Below, piece after piece: positions 30,488 through 41,256 of a stretch of 64,000 nucleotides of DNA. The stretch is from positions 384,001-448,000 of IMG/VR virus record IMGVR_UViG_3300028840_006907, one strand, 5' to 3'. The DNA comes from a virus. A program made the translations under genes and the position numbers. Numbering within the stretch: position 1 is the stretch's first letter; the number at the start of each line of letters is the position of its first letter. The notes beneath the pieces were generated by a model that searched no databases, had not been told where the DNA came from, and saw nothing but the letters and a program-made list of their open reading frames with translations.

Positions 30488-33400
30488 ATGACTCAAATAT
30501 ATCTACCAGATTCAGAAGAACTCGGAAGACGCCGATTCCATGATGCTAAAAGTGATCGTCGTAATTTAAAAAATCTCGCTGAGCAACGTCTCCTTGAGAT
30601 GCGAACGTTATTGCCTTCTAATTACCCTAAAGATCCCTATAGTAGTAATCTTGCTTTATTCCATCGTTTTAATGCTCGGGAGCTGTCTCGAATAAGAATC
30701 TCTAATGATGATATATCAAGAGATTCTCAATACACTACGACAAGACCAGAGTATCTTCATCAGATTCTTGGTGAGAGGCTTTTTTTAGGCAATAGAATAG
30801 CTCCTCTTGGTTACAATGACCAGACATATAGAGAATTTTTAATAGCGATTAAAAACACTTATTTGCGGGGATCGCGGGTTGATGATATTGAAGCATTAGC
30901 CAGTCAGTTTACAGGTCAGGAAGTTATCATAAAAGAGTTGTATAGGGAATTAAGGAATCCTGATACATCTCTTGATGTCACTGACACAAATTACATGGTT
31001 GTTGAAGCATTGATACCTGGTCAATTACCTGCTGGTTATAATATAACTTCATTATTAAATGATTTAGATTTTTACATTAATTTAGTGCGGCCAGCGCATG
31101 TTTTATATGATACACGATTGATATGGACTGAGACCATTGATGTAAATAAGACAACAGATATCTATTTTGGTGATACCGGTGGTGGTTGTGTCCCTCTTTA
31201 TATTTTTGACCCTTTTGATGAAACAACGCTTATGGCGTTGCAGGTATTTGTCCTTCCTACTAGTGAAGGAGCAACAGGTCGAATAGATTCCATTCATCAT
31301 TGGGATTACCTTTTTTATTTGGAAGATGGCACCAGAGTATTAACTGAACCAGGTACTCAGGGAACACAGATTTTTGATGTAAATGGTCGTCAGATTAGTT
31401 TTAGCTCTCTTGAAATAGGTGATCATGTAAAAATAAATTATCAAATTATACCTGGTAATTTTCAATTCTGGTGGTATCCTGTAGGTTTGTTTCCTACATG
31501 GAGTTCACAGTTCTATAGAGATTATTACAGACTTCCCATATTCCAGGAATATGTAAAAAAACATATGGATTCTAAGGGGAGATTTCCTCTTCAGATAAGA
31601 ACAACTGAAACGACCGTTTGTGATCGTTGGGTAACAGATGCTCTTCAGCCTTATTATGAAGATTTAAGAACAAATTGTTCCAGTGGAAGTGTCCAGTCTA
31701 AAGATTATTCTTCTACTCTTAACATCAGAATGGGAAGTGGTCATTTTGCCAATCCTTATGGTACAAACCAGACAGCTCTGCCTGGAAATGAATTTGCTTT
31801 TTTCATGGAAAACACTCCCTTAACTGATGGATCGAGTAATCCAGCTACAGTTTCAGATGTTTCTGTGATGTTAGATGGAAGTTCTTTACCTCCTCAACCG
31901 GTAGTATATGTCGATGCTAGTTCCGGGAAAGTGCAATTAAGTGAGGACCATGAATATTGGGATAATACAGCATTAACTTTTCCTATTCCTGGGGAAGAGT
32001 TCCAATTTGATTATTCTTATCTTCAGGATAGTACTAATTATGATACATCATCTATATATGTCTATGGAGTGGGTAGCTGGCAGATGCCAAATGCTCCTCT
32101 TGTAGAAGGTGATAGTACGGGTATTCTTGCGGATACAAGTGATGTAACATTATCTGTAGATGGTACAGTAATAAGTAATGCAATAACAGATGTAAATGCT
32201 TTATTAGGGCATGTAACAGTTAATCAACTTTCGAGCTTTTGGAATAGTTCTGAATTAGGACGTTTACCTCAGGTAGGAGATGAGTTTTTATTTAGTTTCT
32301 TTTATGGTAAGAAATATCAATATTCTTGTCTTTTTGATGAATTGGGTAGAACTTTTGATACTTATATAGGTCCGAATTCAACTTATGGTATTGTTTTCGA
32401 CGGAGAATTAAACCAAAATCCTGAAACAGCTCCTATAACACCAGATGCAACTGCAGTAATAGGTTATCGTTATCGGGGTTATTTATTACATCATAGTTCG
32501 GTATTAAATTCTCCTGATACGTTACAATTAAATACTTTTCAGAAACCTGCTACTCGTGCTTCTATAATAAATCAGGCTAATACTATAAATCATTTTAATA
32601 TTTTCTTTTCACCTGAATTTCTTTATGATACTACGGCATATGATTATTTAGATGATTCTTATCTTGAAAATGGATTAGACCCGATTCTGAAATTAAATGT
32701 AGGTACTCCTCCTTTTCAAAAGACATGGTCATATCATCCAGGATTGGTTAACAGTAGAAAATTACAAGATATAAGAACAAATCATCGTTTACTACTTTAT
32801 TCTGATTTACTACTGAAAGAGTTCCAAGAAGGTAATGAAGACATACCTTTAAGTTCTATATGTGATTCAGAACGGGTAGAATTTAGAATACGTATTGATG
32901 GTGATGATATACCGCCTTTAGAAGAATGTCCTCCGTGGATTTTATTTGATTCTGTTCAGGTCGATGATGTTGAAGTTACAGTCCCGGGATTTTATCAGGG
33001 TGTACCAAATGTCAGAGTACCTGGAATGAATTTACGCGAAAGTTTTATTCTTAGGGAATTGGAATCTACTGGTGTTGGCGAATATACTTATACCTTTAAT
33101 ACTGATAGTAGTGCTACTCCTGAATATTACTTACCTGCAACATTTCCATATACGTATAATGGTGATACAATTAGCTTTCCTGCTTTACCTGTTATAGATA
33201 TTAATGGTAATCCGGCAACGATTAGTGATATAGAAGTTAGGGTAAATGGAGTTTTATGGACTGTATTAAGTCTTGATCCAGTGACAGGTTTTGTACAGGT
33301 AAGTCCGTATCCGGCTGGTCCGGCTATTCAAGTAGAGACAAAATATTACATAAACAATGTTGTGACAATGCCTATGGCAAATTGGGATTGGTCTAGGATT

Positions 33401-33802
33401 CTTGATGACGATGATGTCTTTCCAGGTTATTGTCAGGATGGTGTAGGTATTACGCTAGGACTCAATTTTGATGAATTCTTTACGTTTCTTGATGATGATA
33501 GTGATGGTATTAAGATAGTGTTTTTCAATAAGGATACTTTAAATGTTGAGGAGCATATCTTTTCAGGACCAGTTTTTGAGTATTACAATATAGCTGATGA
33601 CGAATTAGGTTCACCTGATAACTTTCCAAATGCTTTAGTAAGATTAGTAAATCCGATACACTTAACTAATCCTCTGAGTTATTCTGGTGATTATAGCTTT
33701 CTGAATGATAAAGTTGTGAGATTTAGGAAGAAAACATTTAAAGAGCTTCTTCCTAGTAAGACATTTCGAACTATAGAGTTGATGGAAATGATGCCTCTAT
33801 AA
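30488..33802 (+). CDS. large structural protein (1104 aa), function unknown
   Basis: Uninterrupted 3.3-kb ORF following an intergenic gap. Confidence 0.5.
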   Translation: MTQIYLPDSEELGRRRFHDAKSDRRNLKNLAEQRLLEMRTLLPSNYPKDPYSSNLALFHRFNARELSRIRISNDDISRDSQYTTTRPEYLHQILGERLFLGNRIAPLGYNDQTYREFLIAIKNTYLRGSRVDDIEALASQFTGQEVIIKELYRELRNPDTSLDVTDTNYMVVEALIPGQLPAGYNITSLLNDLDFYINLVRPAHVLYDTRLIWTETIDVNKTTDIYFGDTGGGCVPLYIFDPFDETTLMALQVFVLPTSEGATGRIDSIHHWDYLFYLEDGTRVLTEPGTQGTQIFDVNGRQISFSSLEIGDHVKINYQIIPGNFQFWWYPVGLFPTWSSQFYRDYYRLPIFQEYVKKHMDSKGRFPLQIRTTETTVCDRWVTDALQPYYEDLRTNCSSGSVQSKDYSSTLNIRMGSGHFANPYGTNQTALPGNEFAFFMENTPLTDGSSNPATVSDVSVMLDGSSLPPQPVVYVDASSGKVQLSEDHEYWDNTALTFPIPGEEFQFDYSYLQDSTNYDTSSIYVYGVGSWQMPNAPLVEGDSTGILADTSDVTLSVDGTVISNAITDVNALLGHVTVNQLSSFWNSSELGRLPQVGDEFLFSFFYGKKYQYSCLFDELGRTFDTYIGPNSTYGIVFDGELNQNPETAPITPDATAVIGYRYRGYLLHHSSVLNSPDTLQLNTFQKPATRASIINQANTINHFNIFFSPEFLYDTTAYDYLDDSYLENGLDPILKLNVGTPPFQKTWSYHPGLVNSRKLQDIRTNHRLLLYSDLLLKEFQEGNEDIPLSSICDSERVEFRIRIDGDDIPPLEECPPWILFDSVQVDDVEVTVPGFYQGVPNVRVPGMNLRESFILRELESTGVGEYTYTFNTDSSATPEYYLPATFPYTYNGDTISFPALPVIDINGNPATISDIEVRVNGVLWTVLSLDPVTGFVQVSPYPAGPAIQVETKYYINNVVTMPMANWDWSRILDDDDVFPGYCQDGVGITLGLNFDEFFTFLDDDSDGIKIVFFNKDTLNVEEHIFSGPVFEYYNIADDELGSPDNFPNALVRLVNPIHLTNPLSYSGDYSFLNDKVVRFRKKTFKELLPSKTFRTIELMEMMPL

Positions 33803-33862
33803 TATCTGTAATAAACTATTAATAATTTAAGTAAGAGAGAATAGTACTATAAGGAGCTACAA

Positions 33863-34447
33863 ATGTTTTATAAAGAAAATCTGCATAAAACCGGTGATAC
33901 ATTTTCAGGGGGTTTTAAGTTAAGATATCTGGAACAATCACCTTCATTAAAAGGCGAGTTCTGGATGATACTTAAAGATCGTTCTGGACAAATAGTTGGT
34001 AAAAGACACGGAAATAATATTATTGTAAATTCCGCTTCAGTTTTAATAGCACGTTTATTAAAGGACAATAGTGAGCCTAGTGGTGGAATTACTTATTTGG
34101 CAGTAGGTACAGGTGGGGTTGGGTGGAATTTACAGAATCCTCCTCAGCCTACAACTACACAGACAACTCTTGAGAATGAAATAGCCAGAAAAGCTTTTAC
34201 AACTGAGGATGTAACTTTTGTAGATCCAGAAACCGGGGATCCAACTATTGTTCCAACGAACGTTCTTGATTTCACCGCAACATTTGCAGAAACAGAAGGT
34301 GTAGGTCCTTTAGTGGAAATGGGTTTATTTGGTGGAGATGCAACAGATTTATTGGATAGTGGTACTGAAGTCAATTACAGAACTTTTCCTGTTCTAAATA
34401 AAACAAATTCAATGACTTTGACCATAATATTTAGGATAACAGCTTAA
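33863..34447 (+). CDS. hypothetical protein
   Basis: 194-aa ORF, SD AAGGAG upstream. Confidence 0.4.
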   Translation: MFYKENLHKTGDTFSGGFKLRYLEQSPSLKGEFWMILKDRSGQIVGKRHGNNIIVNSASVLIARLLKDNSEPSGGITYLAVGTGGVGWNLQNPPQPTTTQTTLENEIARKAFTTEDVTFVDPETGDPTIVPTNVLDFTATFAETEGVGPLVEMGLFGGDATDLLDSGTEVNYRTFPVLNKTNSMTLTIIFRITA

Positions 34448-34505
34448 GTGTTCTTTGTAATATATGTTATAGCAAAGATTTAAGCAAGTAAAGGGATTTA
34501 ATTCA

Positions 34506-35447
34506 ATGTTTGAGAATCTTGGAGTATGTAAAGGACCTGGGACAATACTGGGTCAATTACAGATGGGTACAGAATCAATAAATATCTCTAAGATAGGCAG
34601 ACATTTTTATGCGTTGTTGAATAACCGGGTTATAATGACAGCAAAATCAAAGCAGGTTTTACAAAATAGAGTTGTGCCAGTTCTTTCTCATATTGTAGAA
34701 AACATCTGTAAAACATCTCAATTGGATTCAGCTCGATGGAGGCCGGTAGATAAGAGATACACTCAATTAGTAATAGATACGATTGAAAATATAAAGAAAA
34801 ATTTAAAACCGGTAGAGATCTATGTATTGAAAGCAAAACCAGATGAGACCCAAGATAATAGATCGATTCTATCAGAAAATAAACAAGGTATAATAGAAAA
34901 ATTAAATGATTATCGGTTAAATCTTAAAAAGTTTGAAGAGACGAAAAATAATTTACAAGAAGCTTCTGAGGTGCTTTTAAAGGTTAATCTTGACAGGAAA
35001 TTATGGGGTAGAAAAAATGTCATGGATATCATAAATGAGGCAAAGACTGGAATGGCTGAATTGTCTCAAGATTATGAAACTGTTGACAGTTGTTTGGAGC
35101 GATCTGATGAACAGGTTAATAAAGTACAAATTATAATAAGTAAAAAGATTGCTTCTAGAATTTTAAAAAGTACTCTTGGGAGTATCATTGAAAATTTTTC
35201 TATTTTAAAATCATTTTTATCAGAACTAGCACAAGTGTTATATAGGTTTTATGGTATTGATAACGTTTTTAAAAATCAAGTTGGTTATCCAGCTACATGG
35301 TTTTTAGATAGTGCGGTTTTTACAGACTTTCTTTTTGAATATGATAATTTAATCGATCAACTTATTAAATTCACTGAATTAGAATCAAATACGATAGAAC
35401 CATTACTATTGTGGAAAATAAAGATGACGGGAGTATCAAATGTCTGA
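34506..35447 (+). CDS. hypothetical protein, partly coiled-coil
   Basis: 313-aa ORF. Confidence 0.4.
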   Translation: MFENLGVCKGPGTILGQLQMGTESINISKIGRHFYALLNNRVIMTAKSKQVLQNRVVPVLSHIVENICKTSQLDSARWRPVDKRYTQLVIDTIENIKKNLKPVEIYVLKAKPDETQDNRSILSENKQGIIEKLNDYRLNLKKFEETKNNLQEASEVLLKVNLDRKLWGRKNVMDIINEAKTGMAELSQDYETVDSCLERSDEQVNKVQIIISKKIASRILKSTLGSIIENFSILKSFLSELAQVLYRFYGIDNVFKNQVGYPATWFLDSAVFTDFLFEYDNLIDQLIKFTELESNTIEPLLLWKIKMTGVSNV

Positions 35448-38400
35448 TTATTTAGGCCCAAACCAGACCAGAGTATTGGATTACGACAATAGAAGTTTTG
35501 AAAAAGTAGTTTACCAAAGGAAAAAACCTCCTCTATCAAGTGAAGTTAATCTTACAGGTGATATTTCATCTGAACATGCCAAAGATTTAGCTCAGTTTTT
35601 ACTTCCTAGTGGATGGGGAATTGTTGGTGAATTAAGAGATGATGTCACTGAAAGTAGCGCTGATGCTGGAGATGTGATTTGTTCTTCTACTTATACAGCA
35701 AATTCATTCAAATTACTATCTCTGGATAAAGGTGTAGAAGCACAGACATTAATAGCATATGTTAATGGCTGGAAGTTACTCGTTCAAGGATCAAATTCAT
35801 TAGATGAGAATAATATAATTACTCTTTCTGCTCCTCCTTCAACAGGTTATAGAGTAGATTTTGTATTTCTTGAAGTTTGGAGAAAACTTATTACTATATC
35901 TGATGTAGTGTATAAATATGGCAATATCCTTTATGGTGGTACGAATCCTTCTAATGATCTTGTTGATCCTGCAATTAATATTGAAACTTCTCTTAGAGTT
36001 CAAATACAGTATCGTATTAGAATAGTTGATGATATTGATATCGAATCTTATCCCGATGGTTTTGACCCTAATAAAGTCTTTGTACAAGGACCTCTTTCTT
36101 CTCCATTAAGTACATGTAGCCAAGCTTATTTTTCCCAGGTTTCCGGTGATCCTGGCCTCTGGAGAGCAGGAGTAGGTGATGCAGGAGCACAAACAGATCT
36201 ACAAACTGTTGATGGTCATACATATGCTATTCCTATGTTTGCTATTCACCGTCGAAATACCGGTACTTATAATGTGGAAACCCGTTCTAATGGTGCTGGA
36301 AAAAGTTTAGCTGATTATTTACTGGGTCAACCTTCGGATCGTCCCGATAACAGATATAACAATTGGGTAGTAACAGATGACATTTTGGATATGCGTCACA
36401 GAATTACTCCGGTCCAGAACATGAAAGAGATATGTGAGTCAGCTTTTGAAAAACTTACTCGTGGAAAAATCCGTCAAAAAATGGCAAAACTGACTTTAGG
36501 AGAAGATCATTTTGGAAAGATCCTTACTCAGGTTGATGCAGTAAGTAATGTGGATCTTGCAGGTTCGACTTTGATTGCCCAAGGTGATGGTTTAAGAAGA
36601 ATGTTTTCTAATGCTCAGATATCTCAGTCAGATACGCTTGCTGTAAAGACAGTAAATGATAAAACGAGCGGTACTCCAGGTTCACCGTGGGCCACTTCAG
36701 ATCAGGTACAAATCACAATTCCTACATATCCAACTGGTTCTTCTATAACAAGTATCGATGAAATTTATACTTCAAGTGGTGCTCTTACTTTATCTGTGGA
36801 TTATACTGTTTCTGGGACTGGTACAAATACAGTAACGATAACTATACTTGTCACATCTTCATTGATAGGGACAAGTGTACCTATCACTATCGATTATACG
36901 GTTATGCTTGCAGAAGGCCCAAATGGAATGACAGCTCTCCCAGAGAATTTCCTGGAAGTAAGAAATGAAGGTGTAGGAACTCAAATAATTGCTCCTATTG
37001 ATAATGATATCAGAGTAAGAAATGCTAATCCAGTAGTAGCAACTGATGGTACACATTTTCACATGTTGTCAAATCAGGGTGCCAATTCCACAGAACCTTA
37101 TGATTTCGGGCATCAAATGATTTATCATGCTTTAGGTAATGGTACTCAGTATATAACAGTTGATAGAACTGCATTTGGTTATGATATATTAGGTGTAGCA
37201 AGTGTCTATGTGAATAGTAATTATCGAACACCTCTTATTACCAGGACTTCCACTCAATATATTATCAATATGCAAAGTCCTGCAGTATCGTTAAATACTG
37301 ATATTGAAGTGAAACTTTATATAGGATCCAAGTTTTTTAATACAAATAAACAATCCAGAGCTGTAATCGATACTTATGAAATGAGTGAGCTTTCTCCATT
37401 ACAGTCACCGAATGGTATTTTAACGACATTTAATATAGACAGTACAAATAAGGCTATTCAAGCAGTAGCTAGTGGTGCTGTTCTGGATGGGGCTGGTATC
37501 GCTTATGTTGATGGAACTCAAGTAACTCTTACTAGTACTAACAGTAGATATCCTACCGATTCAACAAAATCTCGAATTGAAATAGAATTTAGCTCTGCTC
37601 CTGCAGGTAGTACTACAATAGAAGTACCCTTATTGATGAAAAGTGCTATCACATCATCTGAAGGTTATGATTTCTTTTATCATGCTGTTCCATATCAAGG
37701 GTTGCTAGATACAACTGCTTTTGGTGTTATAGAAGAAACAGGACCGGCCATGGTGACTACTGCTGGTTCAGGTGGTATTACTGATACTACGTTTACGGAT
37801 GGTGTAGCGATTTTTACTGCAGATAGTACTTCTGTAACAGGTGTAAATACAAATTGGCTAGCCGGAGTGAATCCTGGTTACGTTATCAGTGCTGATTCTA
37901 CTCCATCGAAACAGTTTGAAGTTTCACAGGTTTATAGTAACACGAGTCTAACTATCACAGGGAAACCAGATTTCACTTCTATCGGTGGTGAGTCCTACAC
38001 TATTACAGGAAAAGATATTCCTTCTTTTTCTCAATCTAATATTATCGATAGATTGCCAACATATGATAATACTCATGATAGTATGGGAAGAAGTGAAAAT
38101 ATTTCTAATGCGGTTTCAGATGGATACCCTGTTCTTGAGTCAAGGATAATGACCAAAGTACAGAATATTGTAGATGCTCCTCCAAATTCAGTGATATATG
38201 GTGTAAATACTGCTGATCGTGGGAGATCTACTATTAGTATTCCGAATGCTTCTTTGGGTTACGGTAATCTCGGTTTAAGATTTGAGAAATTGGATGCTAC
38301 AGGTCAATACCAGAAGACTTATCAATCCTATATTTTAAATAAAGATAATGATGGTAGGCTTTATTTAATGGTTGTAGCTAGTGAAACAGACCAATCAAGT

Positions 38401-38493
38401 CATTCAAGGTTTTTTAATGAACGTTCTAATTTGGATACAGTTGATATTTTTGAAATGCCTGGACGTCCTATAACTAAACGGGGTACTAATTAA
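35440..38493 (+). CDS. giant tail fibre-like protein, paralogue of the 25444..29520 product in its N-terminal domain
   Basis: Shared blocks with the 25444 product: 'KVVYQRKKPPL' vs 'KVVFQKQKPPL', 'VFLEVWRKLI' vs 'ILEVWRALL', 'RVQIQYRIRIVDDIDIESYPDG' vs 'RVQIQYKIRVIENVDPFSYPDAG', 'YAIPMFAIHRRN' vs 'WAIPMFFVNRRN'. Confidence 0.55.
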   Translation: MSDYLGPNQTRVLDYDNRSFEKVVYQRKKPPLSSEVNLTGDISSEHAKDLAQFLLPSGWGIVGELRDDVTESSADAGDVICSSTYTANSFKLLSLDKGVEAQTLIAYVNGWKLLVQGSNSLDENNIITLSAPPSTGYRVDFVFLEVWRKLITISDVVYKYGNILYGGTNPSNDLVDPAINIETSLRVQIQYRIRIVDDIDIESYPDGFDPNKVFVQGPLSSPLSTCSQAYFSQVSGDPGLWRAGVGDAGAQTDLQTVDGHTYAIPMFAIHRRNTGTYNVETRSNGAGKSLADYLLGQPSDRPDNRYNNWVVTDDILDMRHRITPVQNMKEICESAFEKLTRGKIRQKMAKLTLGEDHFGKILTQVDAVSNVDLAGSTLIAQGDGLRRMFSNAQISQSDTLAVKTVNDKTSGTPGSPWATSDQVQITIPTYPTGSSITSIDEIYTSSGALTLSVDYTVSGTGTNTVTITILVTSSLIGTSVPITIDYTVMLAEGPNGMTALPENFLEVRNEGVGTQIIAPIDNDIRVRNANPVVATDGTHFHMLSNQGANSTEPYDFGHQMIYHALGNGTQYITVDRTAFGYDILGVASVYVNSNYRTPLITRTSTQYIINMQSPAVSLNTDIEVKLYIGSKFFNTNKQSRAVIDTYEMSELSPLQSPNGILTTFNIDSTNKAIQAVASGAVLDGAGIAYVDGTQVTLTSTNSRYPTDSTKSRIEIEFSSAPAGSTTIEVPLLMKSAITSSEGYDFFYHAVPYQGLLDTTAFGVIEETGPAMVTTAGSGGITDTTFTDGVAIFTADSTSVTGVNTNWLAGVNPGYVISADSTPSKQFEVSQVYSNTSLTITGKPDFTSIGGESYTITGKDIPSFSQSNIIDRLPTYDNTHDSMGRSENISNAVSDGYPVLESRIMTKVQNIVDAPPNSVIYGVNTADRGRSTISIPNASLGYGNLGLRFEKLDATGQYQKTYQSYILNKDNDGRLYLMVVASETDQSSHSRFFNERSNLDTVDIFEMPGRPITKRGTN

Positions 38494-39464
38494 TGTTAAC
38501 AAGTTTATCTGATTATATGAGAATGATTATTTCCGCTACAGGTGATATTGATATCATTCGTGTTGTTTTCTTTTTTAAAGCTGATAGTATTGAAACTCTT
38601 CAAACTAAAAGAAAAGAACCTCTTTCAGATGATAGTGGAAATTTCCAGTGGCAAGCTTGTTGGATCCATTTCTCTCGGGAAGATAAAAATGGGAATTTAA
38701 AATATTATATATACAGGCTAGGGCTTCTTCCTAATGGAAAGAAATCAGAAAGTCATAATATTTATGATTCTGATCAGAACATGAATGTGAGTGAAATTAT
38801 TCAAGCTGAGAAAAAAGATATAGAGCCAGCAAAAGATATTTTACCAGCAGACCTTGAAAAAAGCCCAGCTTATAAAGCCCTCTTTGGTAAACCTACAAGT
38901 GAAGGAATATTTAATTTTAGATTTAAAAAACCTGAAGCTGATTTTATAAATTCACAGGAGAATAAAAGTTATACTCGTAAAAAATTCGAAGAAGATTATG
39001 AAAATAATGTTGATGAAGGTTCTGGGAAATATTTTTATACTTTGTTCTCTGAAAGGGGTAATAAAAAATTAAGTCCTTTTGGAGAAACTCGTCAATTTAA
39101 AAAAGAGGAAAAACCTGTGGAAGAATCACCAGAAAAAACTGCTGTCAGATTGGCTATGAAGATTGCAAAAGAGATCAAGCCTGAAACCGGTGGTATGGAT
39201 ATAATGAAACGATTGGTTGAGAAGTTGCGTACTACAAAGAAAAAGAAGGATAAAAAAGATTATTATACCAATGGTTGGGGTATAATTAGAAAGTGGCAAA
39301 AAGAGCAACAACATCAATCGACAAAAAATAAACCAAATAGTGATGGATTTGATATCATGCAAGAGGTTGTGAAGCATCCTGAACCTATCAGAAAAAAATC
39401 ATTAATGGAACCTCTGGAAAAAGATCCCCCCAAAAAACCCGGTACAAAACGGAAATTTTCTTAA
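38493..39464 (+). CDS. hypothetical Lys-rich protein
   Basis: 323-aa ORF with basic C-terminal half (KKKKDKKDYY...). Confidence 0.4.
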   Translation: MLTSLSDYMRMIISATGDIDIIRVVFFFKADSIETLQTKRKEPLSDDSGNFQWQACWIHFSREDKNGNLKYYIYRLGLLPNGKKSESHNIYDSDQNMNVSEIIQAEKKDIEPAKDILPADLEKSPAYKALFGKPTSEGIFNFRFKKPEADFINSQENKSYTRKKFEEDYENNVDEGSGKYFYTLFSERGNKKLSPFGETRQFKKEEKPVEESPEKTAVRLAMKIAKEIKPETGGMDIMKRLVEKLRTTKKKKDKKDYYTNGWGIIRKWQKEQQHQSTKNKPNSDGFDIMQEVVKHPEPIRKKSLMEPLEKDPPKKPGTKRKFS

Positions 39465-39572
39465 AATTTTAAGTCTAATATTTCGAGTTACATAGTAAAA
39501 AAGTTTGGTTTTTCCAAATTTTTTACTTTCCATTTCCCCTTTCAAGTCTCGTATAATAGATGAGGAGTTTAT

Positions 39573-41255
39573 ATGGCAAAAAAATTTATTGGAGTGCCAT
39601 CGGTTTATCCAAAATTACTAGAATTGAGAAAATCGAAGACGGCAAAGTTTAAGGAAAATAAATATTTAAAACGAGAAACTATTTTACGCTATTACCAGGT
39701 AATAGGATCTCTCCATCTTATGCTCTTAGAGCGTATGGTATTGGGAGATGCGACCGGACTTGGAAAAACTTTAATTTCAATTGCTGCCTATTCTTTCCTG
39801 TTACAAATGGACCCGACATTAAAATTATTAGTGGTATGTCCCAAATCGGCTACATTTCAGTGGCAAGAAGAGTTTGAGAAGTTTACCACCGGAATAACTA
39901 CTAGGGTTATAGTTAATAAGGTCAAAGGAATTAAGGAAGGTTACGAATCTCGGAAGCACCAGTATGAAAGATTTAAAGAGAATGTATTTATTATTAATTA
40001 TGCTCCAGTATTAAATGAATATGATACCATTAAGGAAACTCTAACTCCAAATTATATGGTAACTTTTGATGAGTGTGTTGCCTTTAAAAACCGAAAATCC
40101 AAGACTTATTTCGCATGTAAAGAGATTGCAGAGGGTTCTAGTAGAGCATATGGGTTATCGGCCACTATCATAAAAAATGACCTAGAGGAAGTATGGGGCA
40201 TTTATAGTGTTATAGTTCCCGGCCTCTTTGGTAACATCACAAATTTCAGAAAAAATTTCTGCAGAACTGAATTAATGAAGATAAAGATCAAAGGGAAAAT
40301 GAGATACATCCCCAAATTGATTGGATATAAAAACCTAGATAAATTCAAACAAACCCTTGATCCCTATTTTCTTATTAGACGTAAAGAGGAAGTGGCTACA
40401 GAGCTTCCAAAGCTGATATCTAAAAAAGTGGTCCTGGAGATGTTACCCGAGCAGAAAGAGCTTTATAAACAGGCTCTAGCGGGTATTCTATATGAAGAGA
40501 GAATCAAACAAGAATACTTTGATATCTGTGATCAAATACGTAATGGTGCTACTGGTCCTAAGATTGAAAAACGATATAATGAACTAGAGGAAAAGTATAA
40601 CCAATTTTTATCTTCTGAGGGTAAGAAACGTGGGAAGCTGGCTGCTCTGACTTATTGTCAGATGGTCAGTAATGGTCCGGGTCTTATAAATGAACCTGGG
40701 GAATCCAGCAAAGAAATTGAATTTCTCCGTTTAATGAAAGAGGAATTGCTAGGTGAAAAAGTGATTCTATTTACTCGTTTTAAAAGTGGAATTCCAATTT
40801 TAGAATCTATCTGTGAAAAGAATGGTATAAAATATACAAAAATACATGGTGACATTACTAGTGACAGAGAAAGACAGAAAGCCCGTTTAACATTCCAGAA
40901 CGATCCCGACTGTAATCTGATTTTTATAACAACTGCTGGCTCTGCAGCTTTAAATTTACAGGCTGCCAGTGTCATTATTTTCTATGACACTCCATGGTCA
41001 TATGGTGATCTTGCTCAGACTATTGGAAGGGCACAGCGTATCGGTAGTATCCAGGATCATATTCTTCTTATTCATCTTGTAAATAAAAAATCTATTGATG
41101 TTAGAGTGATATCCAAGGTCTCAAGTAAAAAGAGTTTGAGTGATCAGATTATTGGTGATACTGCTGAAGGTGCTCTGGATTTTGCGGCTCATGAAAGTAC
41201 TGTTATCAATGAATTATATGAGGATCTGTTAAAAGATGCGGAAGGAATAAAGTGA
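39573..41255 (+). CDS. SF2 helicase, SNF2-like
   Basis: Motif I 'GDATGLGKT', motif II 'FDECVAF', motif III 'SAT', C-terminal helicase motifs 'FITTAGSAALNLQAASVIIFYDTPWSYGDLAQTIGRAQRIGS'. Confidence 0.65.
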   Translation: MAKKFIGVPSVYPKLLELRKSKTAKFKENKYLKRETILRYYQVIGSLHLMLLERMVLGDATGLGKTLISIAAYSFLLQMDPTLKLLVVCPKSATFQWQEEFEKFTTGITTRVIVNKVKGIKEGYESRKHQYERFKENVFIINYAPVLNEYDTIKETLTPNYMVTFDECVAFKNRKSKTYFACKEIAEGSSRAYGLSATIIKNDLEEVWGIYSVIVPGLFGNITNFRKNFCRTELMKIKIKGKMRYIPKLIGYKNLDKFKQTLDPYFLIRRKEEVATELPKLISKKVVLEMLPEQKELYKQALAGILYEERIKQEYFDICDQIRNGATGPKIEKRYNELEEKYNQFLSSEGKKRGKLAALTYCQMVSNGPGLINEPGESSKEIEFLRLMKEELLGEKVILFTRFKSGIPILESICEKNGIKYTKIHGDITSDRERQKARLTFQNDPDCNLIFITTAGSAALNLQAASVIIFYDTPWSYGDLAQTIGRAQRIGSIQDHILLIHLVNKKSIDVRVISKVSSKKSLSDQIIGDTAEGALDFAAHESTVINELYEDLLKDAEGIK

Positions 41256-41256
41256 A

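Noticed and set aside
39497-39525. A/T-only hairpin (AAAAAAGTTTGG-TTTTT-CCAAATTTTTT) after the 38493..39464 gene, as a possible terminator, with a TATAAT-like hexamer at 39552-39557
   Set aside because: The stem is almost entirely A-T with a G-U wobble and is probably too weak to call; the TATAAT hexamer lacks a convincing -35 partner and occurs by chance often in AT-rich DNA. Not reported as a feature.
40658-40975. Minus-strand ORF (105 aa) inside the SNF2 helicase gene
   Set aside because: Overlaps the conserved helicase C-terminal motifs on the opposite strand.
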